Shown here in pieces: positions 53,901-62,603 of a DNA stretch of 64,000 nt (positions within the stretch are counted from its first letter, which is position 1; the number at the start of each line of letters is the position of its first letter). Under the pieces are notes generated by a model, which was not told the DNA's origin, did no database searches, and was given only the letters and a program-made list of their open reading frames with translations. The position numbers and the translations under genes were made by a program. The DNA is from Coraliomargaritaceae bacterium (GTDB lineage: Bacteria > Verrucomicrobiota > Verrucomicrobiia > Opitutales > Coraliomargaritaceae), in the NCBI GenBank assembly GCA_965656495.1, contig CBFHKU010000001.1:82781-146780 (forward strand), written 5' to 3'.

Positions 53901-54356
53901 GGAGAGGAATCCCCGGAAGCGAATTTCGGAATTCGACCAACTGTTTCCTTCCCATTCGATACTGGGGACCAGATTCCCCAGATCGCCCAGCGTGTTCAAC
54001 CCAAAGTCCTCCAGCATCTCCTGATTGACGGTCGAAATCGTCATGGGGATGTTTTTGGTCAGCTCATTGGTACGGGTACCGGCAAGGGTGTTGGCGGAGT
54101 AGTACCCTTGGTCGTCCTCTGCGGAGACCACAAAGTCGTCCATGAGGTAAAGCATTTCATCCTCCGGCTCAGAATCGTCGCTCACGGGGACTGCGATTTC
54201 TGCGGTCTTCGCTTTTTCCCCGGTCGCCTCGGGGGCGGTTCCGGCATTTTCCATGATTTCGCTTTCCTGGGCACAGAGTGCGCTGGCGAGCAGACCAATG
54301 AATGTGAGCCTACAGGCGGTAAGCATGCAGGCACGAATGAGGTTTAATGGTTGCAT
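50928..54356 (-). CDS. Large (~1140 aa) TonB-dependent receptor
   Basis: Signal peptide, DFVVSAE..GYYSANTLAGTRT, RFRGF, IRGANSLIYGQADPGG, C-terminal SATFTF. Confidence 0.9.
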   Translation of the reverse strand: MQPLNLIRACMLTACRLTFIGLLASALCAQESEIMENAGTAPEATGEKAKTAEIAVPVSDDSEPEDEMLYLMDDFVVSAEDDQGYYSANTLAGTRTNELTKNIPMTISTVNQEMLEDFGLNTLGDLGNLVPSIEWEGNSWSNSEIRFRGFLSKNQLYEFMPRYSPVDYYNIQRADVIRGANSLIYGQADPGGKINLISKTANFSKNETRYTVEFGDNATRRYVFDANRLIGDNAAVRVMATDKYKEFNQDYKYDDFRGVTLEAMAKVGKKTNLRLHLENTYSKKPRLNNSFQDGTALSGFTGMPQNIVADPKIADLMSDDLVNYIVDYNDPDNGNILRSQYPNGTVASDPDRTGRTGLLIPDYFSGNTMEEKRASIRDFYAGIDSKNTGTIVGPDAYQENEGNYVIGEISHIINDRMQLKVAISGEKLDGYSRTRGAANTLKHSIGYGPNINLPNAPGNATYDDWDANGLKSKEQLGTRIGLYTDVQALRDDAASFENNVYNSIGRFWVTGMSVSNAIDTNSDGIANTNAEKDAKRAELAASINTDLQAYLAGGALENASQTEFQQALEEAVTDHTEQLDNGSTRGFVNSRIDELFASGNLMYTTPDPVNDDGSINPAVAGRANETLKLYVAPYWQEQDREDNNISVRTTLNWELNEDYTIGKQQLLIGIDADRRGATLTQFQEFQPGTTTGPSGVVMTNDRAADYIYLSDFLAGLADDVIRYNNTQSGFISDETDLNQPNSALVRDGKLAASPLESNVMHKTNHNETTVETLGTWFAASGSYFDGRARSLIGLRMDAIKVNTDLTDYLVDGTDTSVKDGDPFRNNSQLTFVEFSPSIGGLYWLTPELGVFGNYAESVLSPSGFEYDVFGEITPPETGRGIELGLKYSSGDGKINAQLTAFRIEKKNEKNTNITYSQLQEIFPRTASGNVMDDSTAIAANASLWVPRRNDDGDITGYSFDPKGNRVANEETRSEGVELDLYYNPTKQLSLFFGYAYLDTIKLKSSLEELIDLTIPGTSNHSANFTARYTFPSGKLKNCFIGANQKYRSAALLNTYFADTDFDGNADYESDTPRYEVYLEAQHSTDIFAGWQGKLGKGRNAPRARFQVIVNNVFDNINLVSTGSNNARYTDSKSVTASATFTF

Positions 54357-54524
54357 AAGTGGGTTTCGGAACAGGGAGCGAATGAATCCTAAATTATAAA
54401 ATTTGGAGCGATTATTCGCAACCCATATAAATGAAGAGGGAATAAGGGTTTTTGAAACGTTCTGCGTGGCGCGTTGATCAACATTGACTCGCCTTCCGGG
54501 GCTGCTTGTCTTTGTTGTTTTGCC

Positions 54525-55889
54525 ATGAGTGAGGTACGCGTTCGATTTGCCCCCAGTCCGACTGGGTTTTTTCACATAGGCAGCGCCCGTACGGCGTTGT
54601 TTAACTGGCTCTATGCCCGGCACACCGGCGGTCGCTTCATTTTGCGGATTGAGGACACTGACAAGGAGCGCAATACGGAGGAGGCCTTGCGGGTCTTGAT
54701 CGATGGAATGCGCTGGCTGGGCTTGGATTGGGATGAGGGGCCGGAAGCGGGCGGTGACTACGGGCCATATTTCCAGAGCGAGCGGCAGGCGATTTACGAC
54801 CAGTATTTACAACGCCTCGTGGATGCGGGGCGCACCTACGAGAAGGATGGGGCGGTCTGGTTCAAGCTCGAGGGCGAGCGCTACACCGAATATGACGACT
54901 ACAAGAAAGCGGAGGTCGAGAAAGTGCGTGCCGCGCCGGTGGTGATCGAGGACGCAGTGCGGGGCCGGGTGGAGCGGGCCGAGGAACGGGATTTCGTGCT
55001 GGTGCGTGCCGATGGCAGCCCCGTCTTTCATTTTGTCAATGTGGTGGACGATATCGCGATGGGGATCACGCACGTCATCCGGGGCGAGGATCACCTCTCC
55101 AATACCAGTAAACACGTCGAGCTCTTCAAGGCATTCGGAGTCGAGCCGCCTGTCTTTGCGCATATCCCCCTCATTCTGAAGGAATCCGGGCCGGGTAAAA
55201 TGAGCAAGCGTGACGCCGGTGCCTTGATTGATACTTACGAGGAGCGCGGGTTTTTGCCTGCCGCAGTACGGAATTACATCGCCCTGCTTGGATGGAATCC
55301 AAAGGACGATCGCGAGAAACTCGAAATCGATACTATCATCGAGTTGTTCGACTTCCCGGGGATCAACAAGGGCAATGCCCGTTTTGATGAACGCAAACTC
55401 TCCGCCCTGAACGCGGAATACCTGCGGGAATTGAACCTCGAGAGCTTCGCATTTCTCGCGCGTCCCCGTCTCAACGCCGCCGGATTGGTCCCCGAGGACT
55501 GCGATGAGGATTATCTACAGGCGGTCCTGGGGCTCTGCCAACCGAAAGCCCGTTCCCTCGATAGCCTCGGGGAATTATGCGATTATTTTTTCAGCGATAC
55601 CTACGAACTGGACGCCAAGCAGGGGGAGAAACTCGCGAAGAAGGGCGACCCGAAAGTGATCCTCAGGGAACTGCTGCCGATCCTTGAAGGGCTTTCCAGT
55701 TTTGATGCGGAAGCCCTGCAGGGCGCCTTGGAAGGGCATGCCGCCGCGCAGGAGCAAAAGGTTTTTGCGTACTTTCCGGCCTTGCGCTACGCGGTGAGCG
55801 GGCGGGCCGGCGGGCCGGATCTACTGCCCCTGTTGGCGGTGTTGGGGCGCGACCGGGTCCTTGACCGCATCCGCGCTTTCGTGGCGTAA
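54525..55889 (+). CDS. gltX: Glutamate--tRNA ligase
   Basis: [34 protein letters not shown]. Confidence 0.96.
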   Translation: MSEVRVRFAPSPTGFFHIGSARTALFNWLYARHTGGRFILRIEDTDKERNTEEALRVLIDGMRWLGLDWDEGPEAGGDYGPYFQSERQAIYDQYLQRLVDAGRTYEKDGAVWFKLEGERYTEYDDYKKAEVEKVRAAPVVIEDAVRGRVERAEERDFVLVRADGSPVFHFVNVVDDIAMGITHVIRGEDHLSNTSKHVELFKAFGVEPPVFAHIPLILKESGPGKMSKRDAGALIDTYEERGFLPAAVRNYIALLGWNPKDDREKLEIDTIIELFDFPGINKGNARFDERKLSALNAEYLRELNLESFAFLARPRLNAAGLVPEDCDEDYLQAVLGLCQPKARSLDSLGELCDYFFSDTYELDAKQGEKLAKKGDPKVILRELLPILEGLSSFDAEALQGALEGHAAAQEQKVFAYFPALRYAVSGRAGGPDLLPLLAVLGRDRVLDRIRAFVA

Positions 55890-55948
55890 GCAGCCCGCCG
55901 CTTGTTTTAATCTGGCGCAGTTCCCTTTGCTGCCTTTCTATTTTCAAG

Positions 55949-57613
55949 ATGTCTGAATCCAAAGAAAAGCCGATTGATTTCGTTCGCCAAATGGTGGCTG
56001 CCGACGTAGCCGCCGGGAAACATGATGGGCGGGTGCAGACACGTTTCCCGCCGGAACCGAACGGCTACCTGCAGATCGGGCACGCCAAGGCGATATGCCT
56101 GAATTTTGAGATCGCCCGTGAATTCAAGGGGCTTTGCAACCTGCGTTTTGACGACACCAACCCCGAGAAGGAGAGCGAGGAGTTCGTGCAGGCGATTGAG
56201 GACGATATTCGCTGGCTTGGTTTTGAATGGGCAAAGGTTTGTTTTGCGAGTGATTACTTTGAACAGCTCTTTGACTGGGCCTGCCAGCTCATTGAATCCG
56301 GCGATGCCTACGTGGACGATTTGAGCTTTGATGAAATGCGGGAATACCGTGGCAGCATCACCGCCCCCGGCAAGGCGAGTCCCTACCGCGAGCGACCCGC
56401 TGCCGAGAGCCTCGACCTCTTTAAACGGATGCGGGCCGGCGAGTTTGCCGATGGCGAGAAAGTCCTGCGCGCGAAAATCGACATGGCGCATCCCAATATG
56501 AATATGCGCGACCCCGTGATGTATCGCATCAAGCGGATGCATCACCACCGCGTCGGGGATGCCTGGTGTATTTATCCGAGTTACGACTTCACACATGGGC
56601 AAAGCGATTCGCTTGAGCAAATAACCCATTCGCTTTGCTCGCTGGAGTTTGAGGATCACCGCCCCCTTTACGATTGGTTCATCGAAAAGCTCGGCATCTT
56701 TCCCTCCAAGCAAACCGAATTTGCCCGCCTCAATCTGACCTACACCGTCGTCAGTAAGCGCAAACTGCGCACCCTCGTGGAAGGGGGCTACGTCTCCGGT
56801 TGGGACGATCCCCGTCTGCCGACCTTGCGCGGCATGCGTCGTCGGGGTTACCCCGCCGAGGCGATCCGCAATTTCTGCGCCACGGTAGGCGTGACAAAGG
56901 TGCCCTCCACCAGTGATGTCGCCCTCTTGGAACATGCAGTGCGCGAGGTCCTGAACCGCACCGCCTCCCGCCGGATGGCAGTCCTCAACCCGCTTGAAGT
57001 CGAACTCACCAACTGGCCCGAGGATGAAGTGATCGAAGTGGAGGGAGTCAATAACCCCGAAGATCCCGATGCCGGAACCCGTAAAATCCCATTTGCAAAG
57101 CGGCTCCTGATTGAACAGGAAGATTTCCGCGAGGAGGCCAATCGCAAATTTTTCCGCCTCAAGCTCGGCGGGGAAGTGCGCCTGCGGGGTGCCTATATTA
57201 TTAAATGCGATTCCGTTGAAAAAGACGCGGACGGTAAGGTCATCAAGCTGCTTTGTAGTGTGGATTTGGATACACTGAACAAGAACCCCGAAGATCGCAA
57301 AGTGAAGGGCGTGATCCACTGGGTGAGCGCCGCGCACGCCATCGAAGCGCCGGTCCGGCTTTTTGACCGTCTCTTCTCCGAGGAAAAACCGGAGGCGGAT
57401 AAAGCGTTGGAGTTCACCGAGTTCGTGAATCCCGACTCGCTGGAGGAAGGGATTGCCTATTGCGAACCGAGCCTTGCTGAGATCGAAGCGGGCGCGACCT
57501 GCCAGTTTGAGCGGGTGGGGTATTTCTGTGCCGACTCCGAACTTTCAAAACCCGGGCAACCGGTCTTCAACCGCACCGTCGGCCTCCGCGATACCTGGGC
57601 TAAAAAGAATTAG
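55949..57613 (+). CDS. glnS: Glutamine--tRNA ligase
   Basis: [57 protein letters not shown]. Confidence 0.96.
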   Translation: MSESKEKPIDFVRQMVAADVAAGKHDGRVQTRFPPEPNGYLQIGHAKAICLNFEIAREFKGLCNLRFDDTNPEKESEEFVQAIEDDIRWLGFEWAKVCFASDYFEQLFDWACQLIESGDAYVDDLSFDEMREYRGSITAPGKASPYRERPAAESLDLFKRMRAGEFADGEKVLRAKIDMAHPNMNMRDPVMYRIKRMHHHRVGDAWCIYPSYDFTHGQSDSLEQITHSLCSLEFEDHRPLYDWFIEKLGIFPSKQTEFARLNLTYTVVSKRKLRTLVEGGYVSGWDDPRLPTLRGMRRRGYPAEAIRNFCATVGVTKVPSTSDVALLEHAVREVLNRTASRRMAVLNPLEVELTNWPEDEVIEVEGVNNPEDPDAGTRKIPFAKRLLIEQEDFREEANRKFFRLKLGGEVRLRGAYIIKCDSVEKDADGKVIKLLCSVDLDTLNKNPEDRKVKGVIHWVSAAHAIEAPVRLFDRLFSEEKPEADKALEFTEFVNPDSLEEGIAYCEPSLAEIEAGATCQFERVGYFCADSELSKPGQPVFNRTVGLRDTWAKKN

Positions 57614-57624
57614 AAAATTACGTT

Positions 57625-58782
57625 ATGTCAGAAGCAACGCTAACTCTCTTTCAGGAACAATACGGCGCGGCGCCCGAGCAAATGGCGTTTGCTCCGGGGC
57701 GCATTGAATTCATCGGGAATCACACCGATTACAACGGCGGCCTTGTGATGGGTGCGGCGGTTGCGGAGGGGATAACGCTCGCAGTGCGCCGGCGCGAGGA
57801 CCGGGAGCTCCATTTCGCAAGTGGTGGAATAGAACCGGTGATCGCCAATCTCGATGCGATCCGTCCCTTAAATGGCAAGGCATCGTGGGCAAACTATCCT
57901 CTGGGTGTCATTCAGGCGCTCCTCGAGTCGGGCATGGAAATGCCGGTGGGCTGTGAAATCGCGGTGACCAGCACCCTCCCGAGTGGTGCGGGCATGAGCA
58001 GCAGTGCGGCCTTTGAACTCTCCACCGCCTACGCGCTCGCAGCCCTTTACGGATATGAGAGCGACAAAGCCGGATTTGCCCGCATCGGACGAAAGGCCGA
58101 AAACGAATTTGTCGGAATGCCCTGCGGTATTCTCGACCAAGGGGTCTCCGCCTTTGGCGAGCGCAACGCCCTTGTCCGGATCGACTGCGCCAGCGAAAGC
58201 TACCGCACCGAGGCGATGCCCGCCGATACCCATTTCTGGATCTTTGATTCCAACGAAAAGCACGCCTTGGTGGATTCCGCCTACGCGGACCGCCACCGCG
58301 AATGTCACGAGGCCCTCGCCATTCTGCAACAGCAACATCCCGAGGCGAAGACCCTTTCGGATCTCACCTGCGAACAGGTCAAAGCGCAGTCTGCCGAACT
58401 GGGCGAACTCCTCACCCGCCGCGCCCTCCACATCACCGGTGAAAACGCCCGGGTGCGGGCGGTGGAGGCCGCCCTGAAAAGCGGGGACCTCCGGGCAGTC
58501 GGTGCCGCCCTTTACGCTTCCCATGAAAGCTCCCGCGTGAATTTCGAAAACAGCACCCCCGCGCTCGATTGTTTGGTCCGCGAACTTGCCGGTCAACCCG
58601 AGGTCTATGGCGCCCGCCTGACCGGGGGTGGATTTGGGGGCGCTGTGATGGCCTTTACCAGCGCCGATTTCGATGCGGATGCCGCCGCTGCGGTAGCCCA
58701 GGCCTATGAAGCGCAGGGCGGACGCAAGGCCACGGTCATTCACACCCATGCCGGGGCCGGCGCTCGCTTGCTCGAACTGTAG
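57625..58782 (+). CDS. galK: Galactokinase
   Basis: APGRIEFIGNHTDYN, PSGAGMSSSAA, CGILDQ, GARLTGGGFGG. Confidence 0.92.
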   Translation: MSEATLTLFQEQYGAAPEQMAFAPGRIEFIGNHTDYNGGLVMGAAVAEGITLAVRRREDRELHFASGGIEPVIANLDAIRPLNGKASWANYPLGVIQALLESGMEMPVGCEIAVTSTLPSGAGMSSSAAFELSTAYALAALYGYESDKAGFARIGRKAENEFVGMPCGILDQGVSAFGERNALVRIDCASESYRTEAMPADTHFWIFDSNEKHALVDSAYADRHRECHEALAILQQQHPEAKTLSDLTCEQVKAQSAELGELLTRRALHITGENARVRAVEAALKSGDLRAVGAALYASHESSRVNFENSTPALDCLVRELAGQPEVYGARLTGGGFGGAVMAFTSADFDADAAAAVAQAYEAQGGRKATVIHTHAGAGARLLEL

Positions 58783-58840
58783 GATCGCGCTTTGAGATGC
58801 GGCGTTGACAAATTTCGCCCTGCCGATGTCAATGCTTTCA

Positions 58841-59911
58841 ATGAGCGACGCTAAAAAAGTCATCCTGACCTGCGCCCAACCCACCGGGGTACTCACGATG
58901 GGCAATTACCTAGGCGCAGTGAAGAACTGGGCCACCATGCAGGACGACTACGAGTGTTACTTTGGAGTGGTGGATCAGCACGCCATCACGGTGAAATACA
59001 ACCCCGCAGAATTGCGCAAAAACACCCTTTCCTGCGTCGCGCAATACCTTGCCTGCGGTCTCGATCCCGAGCGCAGCGCCGTCTTTGTGCAGTCACACAT
59101 TACCGGACATACCGAGCTCGCCTGGGTCCTCAGTTGCATGACCCCCATCGGCGAATTGCAGCGCATGACCCAGTTCAAGGAGAAGGCCGCCAAACTCGGG
59201 TTTAACCTCGCGGAAGGAGAGGACACCAACGCTCTGAAGTTTGCGCATGACGGCGCCCGCGCCGGCGCATCCGTCAATTCCGGTCTCCTGATGTACCCCG
59301 TCCTCATGGCGGCCGATATCCTGCTCTACAATGCCGATGCCGTCCCGGTCGGGAACGATCAACGCCAACACCTCGAGCTCTGCCGCGATCTCGCCCAGCG
59401 TTTTAACAATCAATATTCCGAGACCTTCAACGTTCCCGAGCCCTACATCGCTCCCGCCGGTGCCCGCATCATGTCGCTCCAGGATCCCACCCGAAAAATG
59501 TCCAAGAGCGACGACAACCAGGGCGCGACCCTTTTCATCCTCGATACCCCCGACCAGCTCCGCAAAAAAATCATGAGCGCGGTCACCGATTCCGGTAGTG
59601 AAATCCGCGCCGCCGAGGACAAGCCCGGCGTCAGCAACCTCCTGCAAATCCACAGCGCCCTCAGTGGTGAAAGCATCGCCCAACTCGAGGAACATTTTAC
59701 CGGAAAAGGCTATGGCGACCTCAAAAAGGAAGTCGCGGAGGTGGTCATTGCTGCCCTCGAACCGGTGCGCACCCGCTATGAAGCCCTCATTGCCGACAAA
59801 GCCTATCTAGAGTCCGTTTTACGGGATGGCGCCGCCGCCGCTCAGAAACGCGCCTACAAGATGCTCGCTAAGGTTTACCGCAAGGCGGGATTTGTGGAAC
59901 GCCCCCGCTAA
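58841..59911 (+). CDS. trpS: Tryptophan--tRNA ligase
   Basis: QPTGVLTMGNYLGA, YPVLMAADIL, VPVGNDQRQHLE, KMSKS. Confidence 0.96.
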   Translation: MSDAKKVILTCAQPTGVLTMGNYLGAVKNWATMQDDYECYFGVVDQHAITVKYNPAELRKNTLSCVAQYLACGLDPERSAVFVQSHITGHTELAWVLSCMTPIGELQRMTQFKEKAAKLGFNLAEGEDTNALKFAHDGARAGASVNSGLLMYPVLMAADILLYNADAVPVGNDQRQHLELCRDLAQRFNNQYSETFNVPEPYIAPAGARIMSLQDPTRKMSKSDDNQGATLFILDTPDQLRKKIMSAVTDSGSEIRAAEDKPGVSNLLQIHSALSGESIAQLEEHFTGKGYGDLKKEVAEVVIAALEPVRTRYEALIADKAYLESVLRDGAAAAQKRAYKMLAKVYRKAGFVERPR

Positions 59912-59964
59912 GAACAAAAGACATTGCAGACCCCGCACCCTCAGGCATAATTTAAACCATCCAA

Positions 59965-61314
59965 ATGTTTCGAAAGCATTCCGATGATATCCCCGAGCTG
60001 ACGCTCCCGAAGTGGCCCTTTATTTTGGGCGACCTCCTCCTCGTCGCCATTGCGCTCGCGATTGCGATCCTCGGCAACTGGCAACTCACCGATTGGCAAG
60101 TGGTCGCCTGCGTTCTCGCGGTCGCCCTTGGCGCGGCCCTCTTCGTCTTGCCTTTCATCGTCGAATACCACGCCCGCGAACAGGAAAATTCCAGTGCCTC
60201 CGCCTCCCAGTCAGCTTTGCTCGCTCGGCATGTGGAGGATCTTGAAGCACGCAACGCGGTCATGGCGGATCAAATTACCCGCTTGGAAGTAACGCAGGCC
60301 AAAGCTGCCAAAGCCCAACCACCCGCCGCTTTCGATGCCGCCGCGCTCCGCGTCATCGAAGACCGCCTCGACCGGCAGACGAAGCAATTGGAAGCCGCCG
60401 AGCAATCCCTCGAAAAAATACGCGCCGCGCAGACCACTCCCAGCCCCGCACCCGCCAAACCTGAACCCGCACCCGAGAAGCAACCCGCTCCCGCTCCCGC
60501 CGCGACCCCCAAAGCAAAGCCCGCACCCACGCCCACGACCACGCCCGAAGCCCGTCCCCGCAAACCCGCAGAGTCCCAACTCCTCAAACGCGCCATTCAC
60601 GAAAAACAAGACCGCGCCGCGCAGGCAGTTGACCGCATCATCGAGTCCAAACCCAGCGAGCAAAAAAAAGAAACGCCGCAGGTGGAACCGGATAAAAAAG
60701 ATACCGACGCGGCAACAAAACCCGAAGCGACCGAAACCCCGAAGCCCAAACCCGCGCCCGAGGTGAAACCCGCGCTGGAACCGGAGGCCAAGCCCACCGC
60801 ACCGCAACCAAAAGAAACCGCGCCGCTCAAGACCCCTGAAGCGACCCCGAAGCCCGAACCGGAGGCAAAGCCCGAACCGGAGGCAAAGCCCGAGAGTAAG
60901 GCTCAGCCCGAACCCAAGCCCGAAAGGAAGCCCGCGTCCGTGCCGGAACCCCAACCGGAACCGAAACCCCAACCGGAAGCGGCACCATCACTCTTTGAAG
61001 TCGACGAAGCGCCCACCAATCTCGTTCCTGCGAAGAAACGCCGCAAGAAAAACGAGACCGCTTGCACCGTCAACAGCCTCATTGGAATTGGCAACAAACC
61101 CTATCTTCGCGGCAGCGGCGGCGGCCTTAACTGGGACAGCGGAGTCGTGATGGAATTTGAGGCGATTGGGAAATGGCGCTGGGCAGTGCCAGCCGATTTA
61201 GACGGTCCCATTGAGGTGCAGGTCTATCGCAACGACGAGGACCCCGACACCAGCGGCAAGCATACCCTCAATCCGGGCGAAGCGCTTGTGATTGATGCCA
61301 AGTTTCAAGGCTAA
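59965..61314 (+). CDS. Hypothetical membrane-anchored protein: 2 TM, coiled coil, long P/K/E-rich linker, small C-terminal beta domain (CBM20-like)
   Basis: Hydrophobic N-terminus; repeated PEPEAK; C-terminal IGIGNKPYLRGSGGGLNWDSG...KWRW. Confidence 0.75.
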   Translation: MFRKHSDDIPELTLPKWPFILGDLLLVAIALAIAILGNWQLTDWQVVACVLAVALGAALFVLPFIVEYHAREQENSSASASQSALLARHVEDLEARNAVMADQITRLEVTQAKAAKAQPPAAFDAAALRVIEDRLDRQTKQLEAAEQSLEKIRAAQTTPSPAPAKPEPAPEKQPAPAPAATPKAKPAPTPTTTPEARPRKPAESQLLKRAIHEKQDRAAQAVDRIIESKPSEQKKETPQVEPDKKDTDAATKPEATETPKPKPAPEVKPALEPEAKPTAPQPKETAPLKTPEATPKPEPEAKPEPEAKPESKAQPEPKPERKPASVPEPQPEPKPQPEAAPSLFEVDEAPTNLVPAKKRRKKNETACTVNSLIGIGNKPYLRGSGGGLNWDSGVVMEFEAIGKWRWAVPADLDGPIEVQVYRNDEDPDTSGKHTLNPGEALVIDAKFQG

Positions 61315-61345
61315 TACCAATCTTATATAGGTCTGGCCGGAAATA

Positions 61346-61500
61346 TCCCTCCCGCCCTTCGACCCTTCGACAAGCTCAGGGTGGCGCACCTTTTGACCTC
61401 TCAACAAGCTCAGGGTTCTCCATTCTTTAACTCTTCAACAAGCTCAGGGTTCTCTTTGGGGAGGGGGGCCGCCCGGAGTTTGCGGACGGCGGGGGAGGGA
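61346..61500. repeat. REP-like element with three CAAGCTCAGGG copies (period 34 bp) inside TCCCTCCC/GGGAGGGA inverted ends
   Basis: Copies at 61371, 61405 and 61439. Confidence 0.65.
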
Positions 61501-61508
61501 TTGGAAGC

Positions 61509-62206
61509 TTAGGGGTTTATTCGGGAGCGACGCCTCAGTAGAGTGGTGATGAGGGCGAGGGTGCTAAAGATGAGGGCGTAGGTTTGTGGTTCGGGGATAA
61601 TCAAATCGCTCTGAAACTGGATGGATTTAAGGTAGATGGGGCCGCCGATTCCGTCGAGATTGTAGGTTTTCCACAGGGTGTCGAAACCGGTGAATCCCGC
61701 GACGGGAAGGGTGTACCAACCGGGAGAGGGGATGGTGAACTCATGGTAATTAGAGTTATTTCCAAAATAAGCAATGCGCAGTTTCTCATCACCGCTAAGG
61801 GCGGTGTCAAACATTCCAAATTCAATACCTTTGATCAGGGCGCTGGTGTCATATGCATTGCTGGTGTTATTACGGGTTTCCAGAAGAAGAGAATCGCGAT
61901 AATTTAGAGCACCCACAGGTAGTTGTAAGCCCCGGGCGGTAAAGCTGGTGCCAGGTTCCGCGTAAAAATAAAATTTGGCGTTATCGACCACAACCTCGAA
62001 ACTGCGTAGATTGGCATATTGCGTGAGGTCAATAGTAGCGAATCCCCGGGCCTGAGCCAAAGAAGGGAAGGCGGCACCAAGACCGAGGAGGCAAATAGTT
62101 AGGGCTTGAAAGCTTGCCGTCTTAAAAGGCTTAAAGATTAAGCACCCACTCTCGCGCGGGGGGGGGGGGTATGTCTAGGCTGTCTCGAATTAAATTTAAT
62201 ATCCAT
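61509..62206 (-). CDS. PEP-CTERM exosortase substrate, frameshifted at a C12 tract (phase-OFF or sequencing error)
   Basis: C-terminal IPEPQTYALIFSTLALITTLLRRR. The signal peptide lies in the main frame but ATG 62206 is out of frame across G12 at 62158-62169. Confidence 0.8.
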
Positions 62207-62408
62207 AGTAATTAACCGAAACAAATGGGCCTTATTACGTCAAACGTAAATTTAAAAAAATTTATTATTTAGCCGCATTGATTTTGTTGGGGTAGGCAGA
62301 CGGCAGCTTTGAGGTGCTCGATACCTACGGGTGGGATCGAGTTTGTGGCTGCGGCTACAGTAATCCCTGCTCCTCAATCTTGGGTCTAGGCCCGGCTAAG
62401 CTCTTGAG

Positions 62409-62493
62409 TGGTACCCAGGGTGGGCCTCGAACCCACACTCCCGAAGGAACCGGATTTTGAATCCGGCGCGTCTGCCAATTCCGCCACCTGGGC
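62409..62493 (-). tRNA. tRNA-Leu(CAA)
   Basis: GCCCAGG acceptor, CCGGA-TTCAAAA-TCCGG anticodon arm, variable arm, GGTTCGAG, CCA. Confidence 0.95.
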
Positions 62494-62603
62494 AGGTGGA
62501 AAGGTAGAGGTATGCAAGGACCCCGCGGGAAGGCAAGTGCATTCCGATGGTCTCAAGTTGCGGTTTGTCTTTCTTTGGGCAATGGTGTTGAAGCATATCT
62601 AAG

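Noticed and set aside
61364..61455. Possible CRISPR (three CAAGCTCAGGG copies)
   Set aside because: The total period is only 34 bp and the intervening sequences resemble each other.
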